Assembly: GCA_024137785.1 (NCBI GenBank)
Contig: JAHRHZ010000019.1
Span: 44,631,434 to 44,695,433, forward strand
Direction: 5' to 3'
Origin: Ginglymostoma cirratum
Lineage: Eukaryota
DNA: 64,000 nucleotides
The position numbers were made by a program, and so were the translations under genes. How positions within the stretch are numbered: the first letter of the stretch is position 1; each line of letters opens with the position of its first letter. Below the pieces are notes generated by a model. That model was not told where the DNA came from, did no database searches, and saw only the letters and a program-made list of their open reading frames with translations. Below, piece after piece: positions 39,878 to 51,843 of this stretch.

Positions 39878-40289
39878 ACTCATGTTCTATATGATTCATG
39901 AGCCAACTGAAACCACATGGCACTATTACATTAACCATCAACATTTTTGAGCATGTTTTGTGACCATGTTATTCAATTTTCAATCTGCTACTCAAGTTAA
40001 AAATTCGTCCTCTGAACCTTATCATTTTTGGCACCTGAACCAGACAAACAGAAACAAACCAAAACTTTGAAAAGATGCAGTTTCACTCCTAGCTATATTA
40101 CAATATTATGTCTCATTGCCAAATAGGTGATTTTTTAATGGTTTAATAATGCCACCATTTATGAACTGTTAAAAAAAAAGTTCTCTGTTTGGTTTTTCTA
40201 TTTCTGATGCATCTGTTCCAAAGATGCAACCATCCACATTAGTGTATCAGAAATGTTCTCCTTTTTCCTTACCTTGAGGATTCTTGCAT

Positions 40290-40490
40290 GGTGTGGCTGA
40301 CAGGGCCCTTCACCATATCAGATACATCACACATACTTCATTTATCATTCCTTTCCCTCCCTTTCAATACTGTTCCCTTTATCTCCAACTTTCAACCCAG
40401 CAACTTCTGTATTCAATGGGTCATCCTTTGTCACTCCACTGTGATGCCACCACCATATTTTCTCCTCCTCTCCCTTTTGTGTTTTGTTAT
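40290..40490 (+). mobile_element. Penelope-like ORF fragment (linker region)
   Basis: FQPSNFCIQWVILCH...DATTIFSPPLP resembles the PLE TFHP...IQ.IILRHF..LQ.D.TT..IFP.PP segment. Confidence 0.5.
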
Positions 40491-40734
40491 GCCACATCCA
40501 CATCAAGACTTTGGATTCAAGTCAGATTGGTCAAGGAGATGGCATGTCAAGAATTATCTTCAGGCTTGGGTGTTCTTTATAACTTTGTCCATGACATATT
40601 AAGACGAAATAGTACAATACGTTGTACTCAGTGATATACTAGGCTTTAATTTTACTAGTACATTATTGAATGGCTATTCCATGGATTCTACCACCTAATG
40701 TTGGTCAGTAGTCCATGTACATCTTTACATGTAC

Positions 40735-41335
40735 ACAGAACATAAAACATAGAACAGCACAGCACAGTACAGGCCCTTTGGCCCATGATGTTGTGCTGAC
40801 CTATTATCCTACGAAGATCAAACTACCCTGCATACCCTACATTTTACTATCCTCCATGTGCCTATCCAAGAGTCGCTTAAAAGTCTCTAAAGTATCTGAA
40901 TCCACTCCCACTGCCGGCAGCGCATTCCACACGCCCACCACTCTCTGTGTAAAGAACCTACCTCTAACATCTATATATCTTCTTCCAATCCCTTTAAAAT
41001 TATGCCCCCTTGTAATAGTAATTTCCACACTGGGAAAAAGTCTCTGACTATCCACTCTATCTATGCCTCTCATCATCTCGTACACCTTTATCAAGTTACC
41101 TCTCATCCTTCTTTGCTCCAATGAAAAAAGCTCTAGCTCCCTCAGCTTTTCCTCATAAGATCTGCCCTCCAATCCAGGCAGCATCCTGGTAAATCTCCTC
41201 TGCACCCTCTCTAAAGCTTCCACATCTTTCTCATAATGAGGTGGCCAGAACTGAACACAATATTCCAAGTGTGGTCTAACCAGAGTTATACAGAGCTGCA
41301 GCATAACCTCACAGCTCTTAAACCCAATTCCCCTG
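40735..41335 (-). mobile_element. CR1 LINE 3' fragment, relatively young (open 155-aa ORF2 C-terminus)
   Basis: LVRPHLEYCVQFWPPHYEKDVEALERVQRRFTRMLPGL...FFTQRVVGVWNALP; tail of (agaacat)-like repeats. Confidence 0.95.
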
Positions 41336-41339
41336 TACT

Positions 41340-42290
41340 TTCCACATGGTCAGTCTTCTGGTTTCTGCCTAGCACTCTACATGTTTCTCCTTCTTCCTTT
41401 ACTCGTCCCACTATGTGCTATTAACAACCAATGAGGAGCAGCTCCATGATATCTTCACAAGGTTTCTCCATGGCCCGAAAGTTTTAATAAATTATCCCAG
41501 AGGGATCATTCCATCCATGATACGTTGATTCACTCCTCTTTCATCCTGAGCAACCCCTTCCACTCAAGCACAGAAGCTGCCATCCCAGTCCTTTCACTGC
41601 CTCCCTTCTCAATGTCCAAGAAACTAACACTTCTTCCAAGGGCTACAGCAATATACCTCTACTTCTCTCAATGTTGGTATACTGCCATTGCTGTTCACAA
41701 GGTAGATTTCTCTACATTCGGGAGACCAAACAGAGTTGGGTAACTGTTTTGTGGACCGTCTCAATTCAGTTGGAAGCATGAACCCAACATTCCAGTCATG
41801 TGCTATTTTAATTCTTTACCCTGCTTCCTCTCTGACCTTTAGCTCCATTTCCTGCTGCAGAGTTCTAATGAAGCTCAGTGGAAGCTCAAGGACCAGGAGC
41901 TCAACTTTCGCCTTGGTACTCTACAGCCTTCTGAAATCAATACTGAGTTCAACAATTTTAGACTATAATCTCTGTCTCCATCTTATCCTGTTTATTTTTT
42001 GCTGCCTTGTTTCTTTCTGTACCTCTCCAAGTGGCATTCAGGTAACTGCTCCTCTTACATTGACATCTCACCTGAATAAAAGCATTATCTGTCTGTGATA
42101 CCCATTACCATTCTCTTTTGGCTTTTGCATCATGCAATGTTACATTATTTATCTCCCCTGCCCTCTAATTTATCATTGATCTTCCTTTTTCCCTTCCTAT
42201 CCTAACTCTGTTTTTACAGATTTGAAACCTGTTATATTTCTTCATTTCATCTATTCTGATGAAAGCATAAAATACTGAATAGAATTCTCC
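41340..42290 (+). mobile_element. Penelope-like element 3' part with GIY-YIG endonuclease relic
   Basis: ~41650-41775 gives frameshifted VYC..CSQ...YI.ETK..LGNCFVDRLNSV (cf. VYCIRC..C..LYIGETKRRLGDRFAEHLRSV); ends in a decayed ttctgatgaa. Confidence 0.7.
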
Positions 42291-43519
42291 CCTCTTTGGT
42301 GTGGCAAGAATGATGCTGAATGCAGTGATTACATGGGGCTAGAATAATAAATTATTGTGAACGTTTTCCCAATTTTCTCCTCAAGCCTCAAATGATAACT
42401 TCAGAATCTCACCCTTGAGTGGTAACAATCTTATTTCCATGTATTTGTATTAAGTTAAAGAGTGACTCATTCTATTTACAGCCCACTTCCAATTATCTTC
42501 TCAGTTGAGAAATGAGGCACGCTTTTTCATGGCAGGAAAAACAGAGCGGATATCTGGTGGCTGCAGCTCATTGAATATCTATCCCAGCGATTACATCATT
42601 GCTTCTTACTCAAAATGTTCTTGAATGCACAATAGCCACCATCCTCCTTGAGTGTTTGTCCACATAACCTCACAGTGACGTGCCACCAGTTTCACTGTAT
42701 CATGATGCCTGCTCTTGAATCAATTCAGACGTTACCTCAGGATTTATGCACTTAACTTTGGAATGGACAGACACTTCAATCAGGTCATTTTGTAAGTAGG
42801 AACCACCACTCATCTCATGCATGTGCATAGGACGCTTTTGCATCTTATATATGCATCTTACGGCTCTTACCTTGCTTAGCACTGACTCACTTTTGGACTT
42901 ATTTGGATGTTACCAATCCTTGCCTGCTTCACGTTTTTTACTCAGTGCATACTGATTTTAACACTGAGTTAACAGTCTGCCGGGGTCTGTGATATAGCAT
43001 GCTTTATAGTTCTGTAGATTATGTTGGCAGCTTGTGATTGTGGGTCACTGAACAGTCAGTCTGTCAGTCAGACAGGAGATCTAATACACTAATGGCAGAG
43101 TTGCAACAAATGATAACAGCTTATGTGTTTTTCAACCAAATGGCAATAAATACAAGTCAGAGTGGAACAGTCCTTAGTAGGGTGAATGGAGGTTGCAGTC
43201 CATTAATTGATACTGCAGCAGGGAGCTCATCAGATGACACTATGGGGGGCTTGATCACTGTCAGTCCAGCAGATCAAATGTAAGCAGTTTAGGAATTAAA
43301 AGTGCATGCAGCAGCAGTTTGTGGTCATGTATGAACAGGAGAGGTGGTGAGATGTCTTCAATAGATGGCTAGGAAGCATAGAGGGCATGAAGGAACAGCT
43401 GCTTGTGAGAATGAGGTGGGTGTGAGTCTTTGAATGGACATGATCCATGCAATAGTGACAGCTAAAATCCATGAGCCTTGGTGAGATATGTGTGCAGTGG
43501 CCGAGTTTGCTATGAGGTA

Positions 43520-43765
43520 GTAGTTACCCTTGCAGACTGCAGAAAGTCAGAGGCCAGCTTGTGACATTGGTGGGCACTCCCCTTGATGTGGAACACAGCA
43601 CTAAGTTGCGTTGAAACATTTGTTCAGGTTGGCTGGATGCATTGGTATGTTTTTCTATGGCGGTCAGCAGGAAAATGGACTGCCTTCTTCTCTACTATCG
43701 CATCCATCAGCACCTGCAGATCCCTGTCCTGGAAGAGCTTGCCTTTCCTCTGTGGCATTTTTAGG
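43520..43765 (-). mobile_element. PIF/Harbinger Myb/SANT-like ORF relic
   Basis: KLFQDRDLQVLMDAIVEKKAVHFPADRH...PT*TNVSTQLSAVFHIKGSAHQCHKLASDFLQSAR followed by GT. Confidence 0.55.
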
Positions 43766-44614
43766 ATTGAACATTGTATTTTGGAAAGTAGTTCCTGGCT
43801 GGCAGCATCTGCGGTAGTATTAAATATGGCATGAGAGGCACATAAGCCAGTCACTCACTTCTGCCTATCAGGAGGATCTCACAATAAAACACTCCCAACA
43901 GCTCAGCTGAATAATTAGTGAGATGAAAAAAGGAAGATTTGTATGAGAAAATTCAGCCTGGGCTATGGTAGACTGGACGCCATGAAACTCCCTTGCCACT
44001 ACTCGTTATTTGTAAATGGACAAATTTAGTCCCATTAATTATTTCTGTCCTTATATGCTGCCTCGCCAGCTGAATATTTCCAGTATGTTTTGCTGTTATT
44101 TCAGATGTCCCACAAACTAGCAGTAGTTTGCTTGTATAAAGCTTGCCTATCAACAGTTTTGGAGATGGAGACTTCAGGCTATAAATAAATAAAGCCTGAT
44201 CTCCTTGAAATTGAAACCATGCTTGTACACTAACAGGCTTTGAAAGCATGACAGAATCTAAACTCACAGTAGCTACCTGGATTTGTCACCAGGGGATTGA
44301 GCTAGGTAAGTAATTCATGGAAAAAGGGTATTATGGGTCACCCCAAATCACTTTTTCCCACCTTCTGTGTAATGGTTACAAAACAGCCTGAAGCCTGACA
44401 AAAATTCAATTACTTTGCCATGTAACATGTCTTTGGATATCTAAAGGAAGGGGATGAAATAAAATTGTTGCCTCTAAAATTAAGGTCCTGCAGATTATAT
44501 TGAAACAAAGCTTGCACAATTTTTGCAGATTTTGAAGACTTTTTTTACATAATCTTGCTTCTTAAACCAACATGACAAGGACAGGAGAACTTCTTACTCT
44601 GGATTACTAGTCCA

Positions 44615-44975
44615 GTTTTTTTTTATTCACTCACGGGATGTGAATATTGCTGGATAGGCCAGCATTTATTGCCCATCCTAATTGTCCAGAGGACAGGTCA
44701 GAGTCAACCACATTGCTGTGAGTCTGAAGTTACAGGTAGGCCAGTCCAAGTAAGGATGACACATTTCCTTCCCTAAAGTACGTTAGCGAACCAGATAGGT
44801 TTTTCCAATAATTGACAATGAATTTGTGGTCATCATTAGACTCTTAATTCCAGCATTTGTATTGAATTCACATTCCATCATCTGCCATGGCAGGATTTGA
44901 ACCCGGGTCCCCAGAACATTAGCTGAGTTACTGGATTAATGGTCGAGCAGTAATGCTACTAGGCTATTGCCTCTC
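44615..44975 (-). mobile_element. tRNA-derived SINE family 2 (tail shared with the 8401/35000 LINE)
   Basis: Minus strand GAGGCAATAGCCTAGTAG...GACCCGGGTTCAAATCC (B box)...tail GGATGGGCAATAAATGCTGGCC...GTGAGTGAATAAAA. Confidence 0.82.
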
Positions 44976-45391
44976 TTTAGCAATATAAAAATTGTACTTG
45001 TTATGCCATGTTTTTTAAAGTGGATCCTTTACAATTTCCTCATGTATTATATAAAAAAAAGCACATTAACAGCTGATAGTAATTCTAAATAGAACAAAAT
45101 CTCCTATCAAGACTCAGAATAAGGAAAAAGAAAACTCCCAAGCTAATATGTGAAAGGAGAGGATTAGTATTGAAAGAGGGTACATTAAGAGAATATTTAT
45201 ATCATATACAACACAATTTTGACAAGTGTAGATAGATGTTTTGTCCATATGAACAAATCTATATTGGTGGCAGGATAACTTCATAAGTTAATGTTAAAAA
45301 GATTATCTTTGATTATACATTGAGGTATAGAATATTAAGGCAAGCCGATCATGTCAGAATATAATTATTTGATAGGCATTGGCTGGGATGT

Positions 45392-45616
45392 TGTAGTGAT
45401 TGGAACTAGGTGGATCTCATTGACTACGAGATCTTTGACTGGGATTTTTAATGTCGGTCAATCAGGAAGCCCTGGCTGACCAATATAAACAGGTATTTAG
45501 AATCTCCTCAGTTCAGGGGGCTGATTACAAGCTGGCTGGCCACAGCCAGTGTACTGTACACAAGTAAATAAAGGGTGACTTGGTGATGGGAAACCAGCCT
45601 CTGTGCAGTTATTTCA
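45392..45616 (+). mobile_element. Solo LTR (likely Gypsy), 225 bp
   Basis: TG...CA termini, CCAAT and ATATAAA at ~45480, AATAAA at ~45567, 5-bp near-TSD gatgt/gattt. Confidence 0.75.
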
Positions 45617-45729
45617 GATTTCACCAACAATTCTGGACAAGAACCATAGGAAAGATGGACAGGCCTTTGAAAGGGCACCAGGGAGATTTACCAAGGAGAG
45701 AGAATTTGGATAATATTTCAACCCTGGAC

Positions 45730-45850
45730 ATTGGACTCGAAATGTTAACTTTTTTTCTCTCTACAGATGCTGCCAGATCTGCAGTGTTTCTCAAGCACTC
45801 TGTTTTTGATTCAAATTTCCAACAGCTCCAGTTCTTTCTGTTTATTTATT
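45730..45850 (+). mobile_element. Penelope-like tail with partial hammerhead
   Basis: ggactcgaaatgttaac...acagatgctgccaga...; the CUGANGA half is missing. Confidence 0.65.
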
Positions 45851-46604
45851 TGATGGAATTTGGTTATAATGAGGGCAGGGATGATTATGAAGTTACTGAT
45901 TTTTTTTTCACGGTGATGAGAAGATTTTATGGAGTGGATAGAGAAAGATTATTCCTCTGGCAAGTAGATCAACAACCAAAGGTCCCTGACTCATTGGTAA
46001 AAGAATTATAACAGAAAACCGGAGAATGGTTTTCACTCAGAGAGTTGTTGGAATTTGTAACTCGCTACCTGAAAAGGTGATGGCAATTGATTCCATAATT
46101 ATTTTAAAAGGAAGTTGGATAGATATTTGAGGAGAGGAGCCTACAATATGGACAAACAGTGGGAAGTAGGATGAAAAATGATGGGTCTCTCAGAAAGTCA
46201 GTGCTGCTTTGATCAGCTAAGTTACTCTGTCAATGCTGTATGATTCTGTGGCTTTATGGACAAGTCAACAATTTATGATACCAATATGTTGGTACAAAGA
46301 AAATAATCATCACTTTTCAAAATTTTATGTTTAGGTGAACATTAACACTTCTCCACATTCATAATATATTATAAATTGCCATTGATGTTCTTTAGACATT
46401 CACAATTTAATTGATTGTAATTAGGAATCCTGTTGTATAGTTTTGGCTGAAGTGGATGGCTTTCAAGCTAGGATTTGATTATTACTGTCATTGGAGATAA
46501 CTAACCGGGTCTTGAATGAATGATTGACATATTGATATCATTTGTAGAGATTTATAATTGCATCATTTGCCGAGAATATGAAAATGAAATACTCATGGAC
46601 AGCA

Positions 46605-46800
46605 ACAAACAGAAAATAGAATTCTGTGAGTTCATGGAGATCTAAAATAGAAACAGAAAATGTTGAAAGTACTCAGCAGGTCAGGCAGCATTAGTGGCTG
46701 AAAAAGCAGATTTAATGCTTCAGGTCAATTACTTTTGTCACAAGTTGGAAAAGTTAAACATGTGATAGTTTTGAAACAGCTTTAAGCGGGTAGGGTGTAA
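46605..46800 (-). mobile_element. Penelope-like tail fragment
   Basis: aaacagaaaatgttgaaagtactcagcaggtcaggcagcat. Confidence 0.6.
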
Positions 46801-46839
46801 GAGAACAGAAAGGAAAATGACAGGAGAGAATAAATGTTT

Positions 46840-47415
46840 ATTTTCTTTTAGTCTTGCATGGATGTAAGCATCACCAGCAAGCCTGGCATTTGCTGTGCAA
46901 TGCTAACAGCCTTTGAACTGAGTTGCTCATTAACTTCCATCAGAAGGCAGTAAAGAGCAAACTATACTTCTGTGGTTGCAGAAACAGAAATTGCTGGAGA
47001 AACTCAGCGTGCCTGGCAGCATCTGTGCAAAGAAAACAAAGTTAACGTTTCGAGTTCAGTTACCCTTCTTCAGAATGGTCAACCTGCTGAATTTCTCCAG
47101 CAATTTCTGTTTTTGTTCCAGGTTTCCTGAATCCACAATTCTCTGTTTTGTCATATCGCTGTGGGTCTAGGGTCACATGTGGGTCAGACCACGTAAGGAT
47201 GGTAGCTTTCCTTCCCTAAAAAAGATTAGTAAATTTGATAGGTGTTTTTTTAAATGTCAATTCACAGTGGTTATGAGGTCACAATTAAACTAGCTTTTAA
47301 TTCCAATTTTTAAAATGATTTCAAATTTCAATATCTGCCATGGCGAGATGACATCTCAAATTCTCAGAACATTAGCCTGGGATTTATGAATTGGTAATCT
47401 AGTGATGTTATCACT
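46840..47415 (-). mobile_element. SINE family 2 copy interrupted by a Penelope mini-element at 46976-47151
   Basis: Collinear with 44615-44975 on both sides of the insertion. Confidence 0.7.
46976..47151. mobile_element. Penelope-derived hairpin mini-element with hammerhead motif (47041-47075, minus strand)
   Basis: 26/27-bp inverted repeat aaacagaaattgctggagaaactcagc / gctgaatttctccagcaatttctgttt; minus strand CUGAAGA-A-GGGU(AACUGA)ACUC-GAAA-CGUU. Confidence 0.75.
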
Positions 47416-47744
47416 ACAAAGGGAGTGATGGTCCAGAGCCAAAGAGAATATTAATGGGACAAATGAAGAAACAAAAGATAGATCTAGAGAATGCGTGAAT
47501 GGCAGAATCAAGGATAGCTGCTATCTGAAGACAAATTCTTATCTTTTGATTAGGTACCCTACCATACACTGATTCAGTTATTCTATTATTTTGCAGATTA
47601 TAGTAGGACAATTAGAGCTGAATTTTTTTCAATTAAGTGTGAATTGTGAAGGGCTTGTTGGAGGGATTCACTCATGAAGCCTCGTATGTTCTCTAGAGGT
47701 ATCATACTAAACTTGTCTTATGAATTAATGACCCCACCTTTCTT

Positions 47745-47945
47745 TTGTAGTGGTAACATCACTGGATTAGTAATCCATAAGCCTCAGGCTATGTTCTGTG
47801 AGCATTGGTTCAAATCCCACTGCGATAGATGGTGGAATTGTAACACAATAGAAAAAAAAAATGGAATGAAAAACTAGTCTAATCATGACTATGTAACCGT
47901 TGTCTAATGTCATATTAAAAAAAAAAGCTGGTTCACTAAAATCCT
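47745..47945 (+). mobile_element. SINE family 2, 5' part
   Basis: tagtggtaacatcactggattagtaatcca...ggttcaaatccc...gatggtggaatt...ctggttcactaa. Confidence 0.72.
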
Positions 47946-48129
47946 CTCACAACTGATTTCCACCCTATCTGACACACCTGGGGGGTGGAATATTCCACTC
48001 CTGGAATATCTTGTCACCCAGTATCCTTTCCACTTACTTCAAATTTCAGAGCTCACTGGGCACCTGGACAACTATTGTCAGTCTAAAGCTGCTCTGCATG
48101 GTTCCTGATATTTCTATCATCCATGGCAG

Positions 48130-48720
48130 ACAGGGAGAAATCAGCATTCTGCTTGATAGGGAGAATCTTGGAGGCCCAATCGGATGGGATAGTGACAAAG
48201 CAGGATTTCCTCCTCCCCCAGGACCAGCACTGTGACCACAACACCAGACCATGTAACCATTATTGCCACCAGGGTTAAAGCAGGTTCAGATATCTGGAGG
48301 AATCATCAGCACTGTAGGAAAAAGGTTCAATTTCCTTTTCTACTCCAGTGGACTAGGCTTCACTATCTTCTCTCTGATACATCAAACTCATTCTAACTTT
48401 GCTACTGTACCCAGATCCAACCAAGACTTATGGTCTACCATTCTCACCACTGTCTGCTACATCTTCCCCATTCGCTCTCACATATCCCAGTCACTGACAC
48501 CATTAATCCTGCATGCCCTCTGCACAGCCTAGCCATTCACTTAGGACACCTCACCTGCTTCAACAGTAATAGCTGCGCCACCAACTTTCATTTCCCTTAA
48601 AATGTGACTCTCTCTCTTTTATGAGGAAAACAGTCCACAACAGAGCAGAAAGACTCAAGACGGGTGGTGTGAGGAGAGGATGATAATTCTGACTGCCCTA
48701 TGTGGGCCCTGGACTAGTAT
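48130..48720 (+). mobile_element. PIF/Harbinger Myb/SANT-like ORF relic
   Basis: IATRVKAGSDIWRNHQHCRKKVQ at 48262-48330; second segment HNRAERLKTGG at ~48636-48668. Confidence 0.6.
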
Positions 48721-49089
48721 CAGGAGCTGCCAAAGACATACTGTGCCAGAAATCCCTGAGCAAAAGCTATCTCCTTGACTTAACTGAGGCCTACTGACAA
48801 TGATGGAAGCTTCCTGGCTTTGTGTCTATGCTAAATGGAATGGCCAAGACAGCAGCACTGTGAACCTGGTGTTTCTGGCTGAGAGGTCAAAGCAGAAAAA
48901 GGCACAATAAGGCAATCCAAGGCAGGTATCTGTGAGCATCTGGGTGGATATGGAGTGACTGAATACTTGGAGAGCAAGTGAACACCGGAGAGGTGTTGCC
49001 TGGTCAGGTCATTGAGCTGGGTGTGTGTTCTTGAGTGCACAGTCTCCTTGCTGCAGTATTACAATGATAGTTGCTGGCACATCCTGAAA

Positions 49090-49870
49090 TGCAGAACTGA
49101 AGTGCAGAACATAGGAATAAGCCCTTCGGCCCACCATGTCTGCACTGACCATAATGCCAATCTAATCTAACCCCATCTACTTGCATATGGTTCATATCCC
49201 TTTACTCCCTGCCTGCTTATGTGTCTGTCTAACTGCCTTATAAACATTGCTATTGTATCAGCTTCTACCACTCCCTGGCAGCGTATTACAGGACCTACCA
49301 TTCTCTGTGTAATAGCCTTGCCTCACACATCTCCTTTAAACTTTCCCCTCTCAGCTTAATTGTATGCACTCCTCCGTCCTCCTCCAACCCTGCCCTAGAA
49401 TTTGGCATTTTCATCCAAGGAAAAAGACTCTAACTATCCACCCTGTCCACATGTTTCATAATTTTACGTACTTCTTTCAGGTAGTCCCTCAGTCTCCGAT
49501 GCTCTAGTGAAAACAATCCAAGTTTGTCCAAACTCTCCTTTATAACTAATACACTCCAATCCAGGCAACATCCTTGTAAGCCTCTTTTGTACCCTTTTCA
49601 AAGCCTCTGCATGCTTCTTACAGCATGGCAGCCAGAGCTGCACATAATACTCCAAATGTGACCTAACTAAAGTCTTATATAAATGCAAAATGAGTTGCCA
49701 ATTTTTATTCTTGATGACCCAAACAATGATGGCAGGCATACTGAGCAACTTCTTTACCACCTTGCCACTTTCGGGAAGCTATGGACTTGCATCCCAACAT
49801 TCTCTAAGGATCCTTAATACTATCCTCTTGGATTTGACCTCCCAAAATGCATCACTTCACATTTGTTACC
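49090..49870 (-). mobile_element. CR1 LINE 3' fragment
   Basis: LYKTLVRSHLEYYVQLWLPCCKKHAEALKRVQKRLTRMLPGL. Confidence 0.9.
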
Positions 49871-50069
49871 AAGGTGCTTGACAATAAATGATCACCTGCA
49901 AGTGGTAAACCATTGCTGCTTGGTCAGAATTTCACCATACCAGTTGTGAAAAGCATGGGTTGTTCCTAATATTGAGATGGGCCTTGTCACCCTAGTCATG
50001 CAATTCTGCCATACATTTTGGCATTGGCTCACGTTGCTGAGACCCCTGTAAGATTTCGCCTTCAAAAAT

Positions 50070-50960
50070 CTCAAAAGTAGTCACCATGATTTTGTGAAAG
50101 ACAAATCCTTTTTGACCAATTTATTAAGTCTTTTAGAAGTAACAGTGTTGATAAACAGCATATTTAGATTTTCAGAAGGCATTTTAAAAGGCATACATCA
50201 ATGGTTACAATTGAAATTAAGAGCTCATGGTGTAGGGGCAATATATCAGGTTAAAAAGAGGATTGGTTAGTTAAGAGGCTGGATCATAAATGAATCATTT
50301 CAGTGTAGCTAGATGAATGAATGGAGTGCCATAGGAATCAATGCTGGGACCTCAATTATTCATAATTTATGGCAATTGCTTGGATTCAGAGATCTGAATG
50401 TGTAGTTGTTAAGTTTGTTGATGACACAAAAGTAGGTAGAATCATAACTTGTGAAGGAAATATAAGGATTCTACCAAAGGATAGTCATAGGTTAAGCAGT
50501 GGGCAAATGTTAGGCAAAAAGAATATAGTGTGGGAAATGTGTGAACTTGTCCACTTTGACAAGAAGAACAGAAAAGCAGCATTTTATATAAACATGGAGA
50601 TAGACTGTTAAATTCTGAAGTATGATGCTAAAAAGGTGTTGCCTTTTGTGGGAGAGACTAGAACTGGGGACACAGTTGAAAAAAAAAGGTTCTTCCATTT
50701 CAGATGGAGACATAGAGCAATAGTTTCACGCAGATGTTAAGATCCTTTGGAACTCTCTTTCCATAGTAGACAAAGAGTCACTCAGTACTTTTAAGGCAGT
50801 GATGCTCAGATTCTTGAATAATGAGGGAATCAACAGTTATCAGACATTGGCAAGAATATGAAGTTGAGGCAACAAATAGATTAGCCATAATCTTTTTTAA
50901 AAAAAATGGTGCAGCCCACTTCACAGGCTAAATGTTCTACTTCTACTCCTACTTTGTTTG
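50070..50960 (+). mobile_element. CR1 LINE RT-region fragment (degraded, internally deleted)
   Basis: YLDFQKAF, GVP*ESMLGPQLF and KFVDDTKVG RT motifs. Confidence 0.85.
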
Positions 50961-51736
50961 TACATGTGTGTATATATGTTCATATGTTTTGGTTTTAAAC
51001 TACTTTTCTCTTTTCTTTATTTTCAGATATTTCACTGCACATTCAATTCAATTGTTGGTAAATTTAACATCTGATCCCAGTGATAGGATATTCAACTTCT
51101 AATTACAAATGAATAAAATTGTAAAACTCTATTAGTGACCATGTTTTATATATGCCTATTTTTACAAATTTATTCATCGCAAAGGGGACCTTGGTGTACA
51201 AGTCCATAGATCACTGAAGGTGTCAGCACAGGTAGACAGGGTGTTGAAGAAGGCCATACAGAATTCTTGCCTTCATTTGCCGCCACATAGAATGGCAGCA
51301 AGGAAGTCATGTTAGAACTTTACACAGCATTGGTTGGGCCACAGATGGAGAACTGTGTGCAGTTCCGGTCGACACAGTATCAGAAGGATGTGATTGCACT
51401 GGACAGGGGGCAGAGGAAATTCACCAGGATGTTTGTTTTCGCTGGAGCAGAGGAGGCTGAGGGGGATCTGATTGAGGGATACAAAAATTGTGAGAGGCAA
51501 AGATAGGGTGGATTGTGAGTATCTTTTCCCATGGCAGATGTGTCTAAGACCAGAGGGCATAAGTTTAAGGTGAGGAAGAAGTGGTTTAGAAGAGATCTGA
51601 GGCAAAACTTTCTCACCCAGAGGACTTGACAGCGTGGTGGAGGCAGTTACTGTCACAATATCTGGATGAACACTTAAAATGCCAAGGCATAATAGGTATG
51701 GACCAAGAGGATGCAAATGGGATTAGTGTAGTTTGG

Positions 51737-51843
51737 AACAAGAACAGAAGTCGCTGGAAAAGCTCAGCAGGTCTGGTAGCATCTATGAAGAAAACATCAG
51801 AGTTAACGTTTCGGGTCTGGTGACCCTTCCTCAGAACTGAAGT
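51737..51843 (-). mobile_element. 107-bp Penelope-derived mini-element with perfect 14-bp TSD
   Basis: ttagtgtagtttgg at 51723-51736 and 51844-51857 flank a unit made of a hammerhead motif plus the PLE tail. Confidence 0.85.
51801..51838 (-). ncRNA. Minimal type I hammerhead ribozyme motif
   Basis: AGUU-CUGAGGA-A-GGGUC(ACCA)GACCC-GAAA-C-GUU-AACU: intact core, perfect 5-bp stem II, 4-bp stem I, self-complementary ACGU stem III. Confidence 0.7.

Larger units (their letters stand above)
45290..46250 (+). mobile_element. Old CR1 fragment with nested solo LTR and Penelope tail
   Basis: QFW...RKD...RFT remnants either side of the LTR; FSLRELLEFVTRYL-like ORF2 end and 3' UTR. Confidence 0.65.
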
